The notes below the pieces were generated by a model that ran no database searches, had not been told where the DNA came from, and saw only the letters and a list, made by a program, of their open reading frames with translations. Source: an uncultured bacterium (GTDB lineage: Bacteria; Auribacterota; JACPWU01). From it: a stretch of 32,000 nucleotides of DNA. The stretch is taken from assembly GCA_964640155.1 (NCBI GenBank), contig CAZXEQ010000010.1:6063-38062 (forward strand), in the 5' to 3' direction. Positions 25,878 to 32,000 of the stretch are shown here, one piece after another (the stretch's first letter is position 1; every line of letters starts with the position of its first letter). A program made the translations under genes and the position numbers.

Positions 25878-27016
25878 TGTCTGAGTTAAAGAAAACGCCT
25901 CTTTATGATGTTCATGTTGCCATGAAAGCTCGCATGAGTGAGTTTGCTGGCTTTCTCATGCCAATTTACTATCAGGGGATTCTTCAAGAACATCAGGCTG
26001 TTCGTCATGCCGCAGGACTTTTTGATTTATGTCATATGGGACGCGTCTGGGTGAGAGGATCTGGAGCTTTTGATTTTCTTCAAAAATTAGTGACCAATGA
26101 TTTGAAAAAATTGAAAGATGGAAAAATTATTTATTCTCCCATTTGCAATACCAAGGGAACCATTATTGATGATATTTTGGTTTATCAAGTAGATCCCAAA
26201 GAATTTTTACTCATTGTCAATGCTTCTAACATTCAAAAAGATTTTGATTGGATGAATGAACAGGCAAAAGAATATGAAGTGACACTTGTGGATGAATCTG
26301 ATTCTACTGGATTTCTGGCAGTTCAAGGACCGTTGTCTCATTTGATTTTGGAAAAGATGATGGGAGAGGACGTCAATAAGATTTCTTATTATCATTTCAA
26401 GAAAATGAAATGGCAGGGTCAAGAGGTATTGATTTCAAGAACAGGTTATACGGGTGAAGATGGTTTTGAAATTTATCTTCCTATAAAGCAGACAAAAACT
26501 TTTTGGAATGAGGCGACGCAAGTAGGAAAAGAATATGACATCATGCCGATTGGTTTAGGTGCTCGAGATACGTTACGTCTTGAAATGCGCTATCTCCTTT
26601 ATGGCCATGATATGGATGATACAACAACTCCTTTAGAAGCAGGCTTGAGTTGGACCATTTCTTTTTACAAAGGAGATTTTATCGGGCGACAAGCTTTAGA
26701 AGTTCAAAGACAAAAAGGATTGACTCGACGATTGGTTGGGTTTGAAATGATTGATCAGGGTGTCCCACGTCAGGGTTTTAAAATTATCAGAGATAGTCAA
26801 GAAATTGGACATGTTGCTTCGGGTTCTTATTCGCCCTCTCTAGGGAAAAATATAGGATTGGCTTATGTAGATATCAATTATGCCCATGTAGGTATTCCGA
26901 TTTATGTTGTGATTCGTAATGAACAAAAATTAGCAGAAGTGGTTAAAACTCCCTTTTACAAAGGGGGAGGGATTGCTCATCGCGTAAAGAGTAAAAAAGC
27001 TTCTCTTGCTGTTTAA
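25877..27016 (+). CDS. gcvT: Glycine cleavage system T protein (aminomethyltransferase)
   Basis: MSELKKTPLYDVH start, GLFDLCHMG, SRTGYTGEDGFEI and LGARDTLRLE motifs. The ORF-track start at 25790 lies inside the upstream gene; ATG 25877 is preferred. Confidence 0.93.
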   Translation: MSELKKTPLYDVHVAMKARMSEFAGFLMPIYYQGILQEHQAVRHAAGLFDLCHMGRVWVRGSGAFDFLQKLVTNDLKKLKDGKIIYSPICNTKGTIIDDILVYQVDPKEFLLIVNASNIQKDFDWMNEQAKEYEVTLVDESDSTGFLAVQGPLSHLILEKMMGEDVNKISYYHFKKMKWQGQEVLISRTGYTGEDGFEIYLPIKQTKTFWNEATQVGKEYDIMPIGLGARDTLRLEMRYLLYGHDMDDTTTPLEAGLSWTISFYKGDFIGRQALEVQRQKGLTRRLVGFEMIDQGVPRQGFKIIRDSQEIGHVASGSYSPSLGKNIGLAYVDINYAHVGIPIYVVIRNEQKLAEVVKTPFYKGGGIAHRVKSKKASLAV

Positions 27017-27038
27017 CTTTTTATTTTTTGAGGGAAAA

Positions 27039-27425
27039 ATGAACGTTCCATCTAATTTAAAATATTCTAAAACACATGAATGGCTGCATGTTGAAGGTCA
27101 AGAAGTGAAAGTGGGCATTACTGATTTTGCTCAGAGTCAGTTAGGAGATGTCGTATTTGTTGAACTTCCTAAAGTAGGTCAAAAATTTAAAATCGAAGAC
27201 CCGTGTGCTGTTGTAGAATCGGTGAAGGCAGCCTCTGATATTTATGCTCCTATCTCGGGTGAGGTCATTCGTATCAATGATCATTTGGTAAAAGATACTT
27301 CTTTAGTGAATAAAGATCCTTATGGCGAGGGATGGTTTTTTGTTATTAAAATTGAGAATGCGCAAGAAGTTTCAAATCTGCTTGATGCTAAAGCTTATCA
27401 AAGTTTAGTAGAGGTTGAAGCATAA
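27039..27425 (+). CDS. gcvH: Glycine cleavage system H protein
   Basis: YSKTHEWLHVEG start region. Lipoyl-lysine motif VESVKAASDIYAP. ATG 27039 follows GAGGG; the ORF-track start at 27006 is too early. Confidence 0.93.
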   Translation: MNVPSNLKYSKTHEWLHVEGQEVKVGITDFAQSQLGDVVFVELPKVGQKFKIEDPCAVVESVKAASDIYAPISGEVIRINDHLVKDTSLVNKDPYGEGWFFVIKIENAQEVSNLLDAKAYQSLVEVEA

Positions 27426-28801
27426 TGGATTTTGTTCCTCATACCCCACAAGAATGGCAAGAGATGCTCAAGGAAATTGGGGTCTCACGATTTGAAGATT
27501 TGCTTAAAGCATTAATCCCGCGTGATGTGAAAGCTTGTCATTATAATCTTGAGAAAGGGCTTTCTGAATTTGAAGTTCTTCAATGGATGAAATCAAAAGC
27601 AGAAGCTAATGCAACTGTAGATACCTATGATACTTTTTTAGGAGCGGGCGCTTATCATCATTTTATTCCTTCCGTGGTGGGACATTTGGCTTCTCGTGGT
27701 GAATTTACAACGTCTTATACGCCATATCAACCTGAAGCAAGCCAAGGAACACTTCAAGCCATTTTTGAATATCAAACCATGATGGCTCGCTTAACAGGCC
27801 TAGAAGTTTCAAATGCTTCTTTGTATGACGGAGCTTCGGCCTTGGCTGAAGCAGCTTTAATGGCGATGGCCATTCGAAAAGATTCAGGGAGAATTTTAAT
27901 AGCACAAACTGTTCATCCAGAATATCGCACGGTTGTTAAAACCTATTTGAAATCTACTTCGGAAGCCATTATTGAAATCCCACGACTGGGCGGAATCACC
28001 AACTTAGAAATTTTAGAAAACGAACTTAAAAAAGGAGCCAGTGCTTTTTTAGTTCAATGGCCTAATTTTTTAGGTTCTTTAGAAGATTTAGAATTGATTG
28101 CAAAAAAATGTCATGAATATAATGCCCTTTTGGTGGTTGCGACTTATCCCGTTCCACTGGGGCTTTTAAAAGGTCCAGGAGAATTTGGGGCAGATATTTG
28201 TGTGGGAGAAGGACAGGGCTTGGGCAATCCTCTTCAGTTTGGCGGACCTTACTTTGGATTTATCACTTGTCGGAAAGATATGGTCAGAAAAATGCCGGGT
28301 CGAATTGTAGGCATGACAAAAGACTTGGATGGGAAAAGAGGTTTTGTTTTAACACTTCAAGCACGGGAGCAACACATTCGTCGTGAAAAAGCGACCTCTA
28401 ATATTTGTACCAATCAATCATTGAATGCTTTAACAGCTACCATTTTTCTTTCCGTGTTTGGAGCAGAGGGTTTAAAAGAATTGGCTCTTTTAAATATGCA
28501 AAAAGCCCATTATGCTGCGAAGCTTTTGAGTGAAATTCCGGGATTTTCTCTGGCTTTTTCAGATCCATTTTTTAACGAATTTGTTTTAAGAGTTCCCATT
28601 CGACCTGAAGATTTAATCAAAAAGATGCAGGCCAAGAAAATTATTCCAGGTCTATCGTTACGTCCTTATTATCCAGATTTAGATGATGCATTACTCGTTT
28701 GTGTAACAGAAGTGATGACTAAAACAAAAATTGAACATTTCGCCGAAATGTTAGCTATAGAAGCACGAGAAATGGTAAATCATGGAAAAAACTCTTTTTG
28801 A
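27425..28801 (+). CDS. gcvPA: Glycine dehydrogenase (decarboxylating) subunit 1
   Basis: 458 aa. Typical split P-protein N-terminal subunit (FLGAGAYHHFIPS, TSYTPYQPEASQGTLQ, SNICTNQ). Confidence 0.92.
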   Translation: MDFVPHTPQEWQEMLKEIGVSRFEDLLKALIPRDVKACHYNLEKGLSEFEVLQWMKSKAEANATVDTYDTFLGAGAYHHFIPSVVGHLASRGEFTTSYTPYQPEASQGTLQAIFEYQTMMARLTGLEVSNASLYDGASALAEAALMAMAIRKDSGRILIAQTVHPEYRTVVKTYLKSTSEAIIEIPRLGGITNLEILENELKKGASAFLVQWPNFLGSLEDLELIAKKCHEYNALLVVATYPVPLGLLKGPGEFGADICVGEGQGLGNPLQFGGPYFGFITCRKDMVRKMPGRIVGMTKDLDGKRGFVLTLQAREQHIRREKATSNICTNQSLNALTATIFLSVFGAEGLKELALLNMQKAHYAAKLLSEIPGFSLAFSDPFFNEFVLRVPIRPEDLIKKMQAKKIIPGLSLRPYYPDLDDALLVCVTEVMTKTKIEHFAEMLAIEAREMVNHGKNSF

Positions 28802-30239
28802 ATTAAGTCAGCCAGGTAGGAAAGCTTATTCTTTGCCACCAACAGATGTTCCGAATGTTGAGGCTTCTTCTCTCATTCCACAAAAGATGATTAGAGAAAA
28901 AGAAAATGGCCTGCCTTCTTTAAGTGAATTAGATGTGGTACGCCATTTTACGCATCTTTCAAGTCTTAATTTTTCGATTGATACCCATTTTTATCCTTTG
29001 GGATCCTGTACCATGAAATACAATCCCAAAATGAATGAAGCTGCGGTCGGTCTTTCCGGATTCTCTAAAATACATCCACTTCAACCCGAAGAATTATCTC
29101 AGGGCATTTTATCTTTGCTTTATGATTTGGAAAAAATTCTTTGTGAAATTTGTGGAATGGATCGATTTAGTTTGCAATCTTGTGCTGGAGCCCACGGTGA
29201 ATTTTTGGGAATGTTGATTGTACGAGCTCATTTTGATCGTTTAGGTGAGAAGAGAAAGAAAGTGATTGTTCCTGACTCAGCACATGGGACGAATCCTTCC
29301 AGTGCACATTTGGCGGGATTTGAAGTGATTTCTTGCCCTTCGGATGCTAGTGGGCATGTTGATTTAAAAGCTTTGGAAGGTTTGCTTAATCAAGATGTTG
29401 CATGTTTGATGCTCACCAATCCGAACACGTTAGGGCTTTTTGAAAAACAAATTATAAAAATTGCGCAGGATGTCCATCAAGTAGGAGCACTTCTTTATTA
29501 TGATGGAGCTAATTTAAATCCTTTGTTGGGGATTGCTCGTCCAGGGGATATGGGTTTTGACATCGTTCACTTAAATTTGCATAAAACTTTTACAACACCG
29601 CATGGTGGGGGTGGACCTGGCGCAGGGCCTGTTGGAGTGAAAGAACATCTAACACGTTTTTTACCTGTTCCGATGATTGAAAAACAAAGTCCCACGAATG
29701 GTAAGAACGCACCTTATTATAAACTTGTTTCTGATCGTCCCGATTCTGTAGGTAAAATTAGATCTTTTTATGGAAATGTAGGAATTCTGATTCGTGCACT
29801 GACTTATATCAAAGCTTTGGGTGTAGAAGGATTATTGAAGACAGGACAAGCAGCCATCTTAAACGCCAATTATCTTTATTCAAAAATTAAAGATCTTTTT
29901 GCTTCGCCTTTTCCTGGTCCCTATATGCATGAGTTTGTTGTTTCAGCAAAGCCCTATTTGAAGCAGGGAATTAGAGGAATGGATATTGCGAAGCGTCTTT
30001 TAGATTTAGGCATTCATCCTCCTACGGTTTATTTTCCTTTAACGGTTGAAGAGGCTATGATGATAGAGCCGACAGAAACAGAGAGTCGACAAACATTGGA
30101 TCATTTTGCCCAAACTATTCGCCAAATTGCCCAAGAGGCAAAAGATGATCCTGAAATTTTACATCAAGCTCCCGTACGTATGCCGGTGCGGCGTTTGGAT
30201 GAGGTTACTGCAGCGAAAGACTTAAGACTAACTTGGTAG
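28782..30239 (+). CDS. gcvPB: Glycine dehydrogenase (decarboxylating) subunit 2
   Basis: 485 aa. LIFE-type start (TLFELSQPGRKAYSLP). PLP-lysine motif HLNLHKTFTTPHGGGGPG. 20-nt overlap with gcvPA. Confidence 0.92.
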   Translation: MEKTLFELSQPGRKAYSLPPTDVPNVEASSLIPQKMIREKENGLPSLSELDVVRHFTHLSSLNFSIDTHFYPLGSCTMKYNPKMNEAAVGLSGFSKIHPLQPEELSQGILSLLYDLEKILCEICGMDRFSLQSCAGAHGEFLGMLIVRAHFDRLGEKRKKVIVPDSAHGTNPSSAHLAGFEVISCPSDASGHVDLKALEGLLNQDVACLMLTNPNTLGLFEKQIIKIAQDVHQVGALLYYDGANLNPLLGIARPGDMGFDIVHLNLHKTFTTPHGGGGPGAGPVGVKEHLTRFLPVPMIEKQSPTNGKNAPYYKLVSDRPDSVGKIRSFYGNVGILIRALTYIKALGVEGLLKTGQAAILNANYLYSKIKDLFASPFPGPYMHEFVVSAKPYLKQGIRGMDIAKRLLDLGIHPPTVYFPLTVEEAMMIEPTETESRQTLDHFAQTIRQIAQEAKDDPEILHQAPVRMPVRRLDEVTAAKDLRLTW

Positions 30240-30240
30240 T

Positions 30241-30942
30241 ATGAAATGGTTTGATTCAGGTTCACTTCCTCCTTTTAAAAATATGGCCATGGATGAGGCT
30301 CTTTTCATTCAAAAAATTCCTGCACTTCGTTTTTATGGCTGGACCGAAAGGGCATTCTCTATCGGATATTTCCAAGAATTTAATCCCCAAGATTTTGATG
30401 CTCCCGTGGTTCGTCGAATGACAGGGGGAGGAATTGTCGAGCACGGGAGAGATTTAACTTTCTCGATTATTTTAGATCTTAAAACTTTGCCTTCTTTAGA
30501 TTCCATTAAGAATAGTTACCATTGGATTCATCAGATTATTTTGAAAGCGCTGATGAATTTGGATATCTCAACAAAGTTTTATTTTTCTACTAAAGAAGAA
30601 AGAGGGAATCTTTGTTTTATTTCTCCTTCTCAAGATGATTTGATTTGGGAGGGCGTGAAAATTGTAGGTGGAGCACAAAGAAGGAAAGGAAACTTTCTTT
30701 TACATCAAGGGACCATTGCTTTAGAGAAAATTCCTGTAAAGCGGAGTTTATTAATTCAAGAAATTATAAAGAGTTTTGAATCTGTTTTTCAATTGGATTT
30801 GAAAGAAGGTTTTGATATTTTATCGAATCTAGAAGAGATAATTGCTCTTTTGGAAAAAAAATATGGTTCACTTGAATGGACAACGGAGAAACAGGATTTA
30901 TGGATGATTCAGCAAAAGAACAGAAACTACGAAAAGGTTTAG
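30241..30942 (+). CDS. Lipoate-protein ligase / octanoyltransferase family protein (BPL_LplA_LipB domain)
   Basis: 233 aa. RRMTGGGIVEHG and KIVGGAQRRKGNFLLHQGTI motifs. Sits directly downstream of the gcv genes, whose H protein needs lipoylation. Confidence 0.8.
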   Translation: MKWFDSGSLPPFKNMAMDEALFIQKIPALRFYGWTERAFSIGYFQEFNPQDFDAPVVRRMTGGGIVEHGRDLTFSIILDLKTLPSLDSIKNSYHWIHQIILKALMNLDISTKFYFSTKEERGNLCFISPSQDDLIWEGVKIVGGAQRRKGNFLLHQGTIALEKIPVKRSLLIQEIIKSFESVFQLDLKEGFDILSNLEEIIALLEKKYGSLEWTTEKQDLWMIQQKNRNYEKV

Positions 30943-31208
30943 TGTTATTAGGTGCTATTCTAATTTCAGCTTGCGCAGCATTTTTTACAAAGAAGATATT
31001 CTCTTCTATATCCGGACCTGTGGTGGTTGATTATTGGGCTTTTGCCGCTGGTTTTTTTCTTGTGGGAGAAGGCTTATGGAGCATTTTTACGTCCAATGAA
31101 AATAAATGGTGGATTCAATTTTCTCGACTATTAAGAATTTCAGTTGGAATTTGTATCTTCACCATTCATTTTCTACAGTTTGTGAGAGATGGGAAATTAG
31201 GAGCTTAA
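30900..31208 (+). CDS. Small membrane protein (hypothetical), start uncertain
   Basis: Three hydrophobic segments (LVLLGAILISACAAFF, YWAFAAGFFLVGEGLW, ISVGICIFTIHFL). Candidate starts are ATG 30876, ATG 30900 (GGAGA 10 nt upstream) and GTG 30942 (overlapping the upstream TAG). Confidence 0.5.
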   Translation: MDDSAKEQKLRKGLVLLGAILISACAAFFTKKIFSSISGPVVVDYWAFAAGFFLVGEGLWSIFTSNENKWWIQFSRLLRISVGICIFTIHFLQFVRDGKLGA

Positions 31209-31240
31209 AAGGTCGCAGTACGCATGATGTGTGTAACAGT

Positions 31241-31657
31241 TTTTAAGAAGTAAGTCTATAAGCCGAATTCTGTACTCAATTTCGTAACTTCGCTTACGCT
31301 CAGACGAAATTGGTGATAGTCATTTCTCTATGCGATCGTACCCGGAATCTACTTAGCATTACACTAAATATGAGGCGAGCCGCCCCGAAATCCCTTGTTT
31401 GATCTCGCTTCAAACGGGGTTTTCCATCCTTGATGGGGTTTCCCTCATCAAGAAAGAGGAGTAGTTTTTCAACACCTCTTCTCTTTTCACCTTTTAGCTG
31501 ATGTAAACATCAGCTTAGTATTGTCTCTGTGGCACTTTCCCTCATCCCAATTCACATTGGAATGGACTTCTATTCTAGAAGCCGTCTTGCTCTGTGAAGT
31601 TCGGACTTTCCTGCCAGACATGATGTCGAGCCGACTATCCGACTTACTTCTTAAAAA
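31241..31657 (-). ncRNA. rnpB: RNase P RNA, bacterial type A
   Basis: The minus-strand transcript contains the universal P4 halves GGCAGGAAAGUCCGAAC and ACAGAAUUCGGCUUAUAG. It also has GGGAAAGUGCCACAGAGA, AAGGUGAAAAG, GGGAAACCCCAUC and AGAGAAAUGACUAUC. P1 pairs AAGAAGUAAGUC (31641-31652 region) with GACUUACUUCUU (31245-31256 region). Ends are good to a few nt. Confidence 0.93.
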
Positions 31658-31706
31658 CCACGGTTAGTATATCTTATTTTGGCTTAAGGGGAATTAAAAA
31701 TGAGAC

Positions 31707-31736
31707 TTAATATAAAAATTTAAATTTTTATATTAA
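31707..31736. promoter_or_regulatory. Perfect 30-bp A/T-only palindrome in the divergent rnpB-mraZ control region
   Basis: TTAATATAAAAATTT|AAATTTTTATATTAA, an exact reverse complement, centred about 65 nt upstream of the rnpB 5' end. Confidence 0.5.
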
Positions 31737-31838
31737 TGGCATGTTTCATTAATTAGTTTAATTCTTAATATGCTCTGATCAAGTATATTGTATATTTTAT
31801 TTAAAATTATTAATTAGGGAAAAATTTTTCATTTTCCC

Positions 31839-31867
31839 TTGACAGTGGGAGAAATGAGTCCTAAACT
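31839..31867 (+). promoter_or_regulatory. Sigma-70 promoter of the mraZ (dcw) operon
   Basis: TTGACA (31839-31844), 17-nt spacer, TAAACT (31862-31867), 48 nt upstream of the mraZ ATG. Abutted upstream by the inverted repeat GGGAAAA..TTTTCCC (31817-31838). Confidence 0.55.
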
Positions 31868-31876
31868 ATATTCAAA

Positions 31877-31902
31877 GTGGTAGAAAGTGGTAACTTGTGG
31901 TA
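31877..31902 (+). promoter_or_regulatory. Putative MraZ operator: three direct GTGGTA repeats with 10-bp phasing
   Basis: GTGGTA at 31877, 31887 and 31897, between the -10 box and the mraZ start. This matches the known MraZ box architecture (GTGG-type direct repeats one helical turn apart). Confidence 0.7.
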
Positions 31903-31914
31903 GGGGGTTAACTC

Positions 31915-32000
31915 ATGTTCTACGGTGAATACCGCCATTCTTTAGATCATAAAAATAGAGTTTTGATTCCAGCAAAGTTTCGAGAAGCCGTTAAAGAAGT
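31915..32000 (+). CDS. mraZ: Transcriptional regulator MraZ, 3' end outside the window
   Basis: MFYGEYRHSLDHKNRVLIPAKFREAVKE matches the conserved MraZ N-terminus (first DxxxR motif, IPAKFR). RBS-like GGGGG lies upstream. Confidence 0.9.
   Translation, partial: MFYGEYRHSLDHKNRVLIPAKFREAVKE

Noticed and set aside
30876-30942. The 67-nt overlap between the lipoate ligase-family gene and the small membrane protein ORF, as a possible programmed overlap.
   Set aside because: It is more simply explained by a downstream start (ATG 30900 with a GGAGA RBS, or GTG 30942). The N-terminal 8-22 residues of the long version are not hydrophobic or otherwise distinctive.

Overview
AT-rich chromosomal segment from a diderm (Gram-negative-type) bacterium. 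All calls come from motif recognition by eye, since no searches were possible, and I do not assign a taxon. A DUF1570-like protein and a plastidic-type FNR only hint weakly at a PVC-like or otherwise unusual lineage.

Almost everything is on the + strand and is core housekeeping:
- topA (5' partial), a xerC-like recombinase and waaA
- a tolC / macA / split macB-like efflux set
- one minus-strand secreted HExxH protein
- glutamate dehydrogenase
- a tight operon of cNMP-binding protein, plastidic-type ferredoxin-NADP reductase and polytopic membrane protein
- a TolB-like beta-propeller protein and a YdjM-like membrane hydrolase
- the methylcitrate genes prpD-prpB-prpC
- a CLC-F type fluoride channel and cvpA
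- dnaG-rpoD, followed by two tRNAs (CAT and CAC anticodons)
- a COG1579 zinc-ribbon coiled-coil gene coupled to gcvT-gcvH-gcvPA-gcvPB and a lipoate ligase-family gene
- a small membrane protein
- RNase P RNA (rnpB, minus strand, invisible to the ORF track)
- the start of mraZ, with a textbook promoter plus three 10-bp-phased GTGGTA repeats

I recognised no CRISPR array, transposase, phage gene or defence gene.

The main unexplained signal is non-coding. It is a family of GC-rich long-hairpin repeats of about 125-135 nt, with three copies at 13365-13498, 15121-15244 and 20185-20308 (the last inverted). Each sits directly at the 3' end of a gene, and the differences between copies are largely compensatory base-pair changes. 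A second, unrelated multi-hairpin GC-enriched insert splits prpD from prpB (16639-16779). Several other gene ends carry unusually long AT-rich hairpins.
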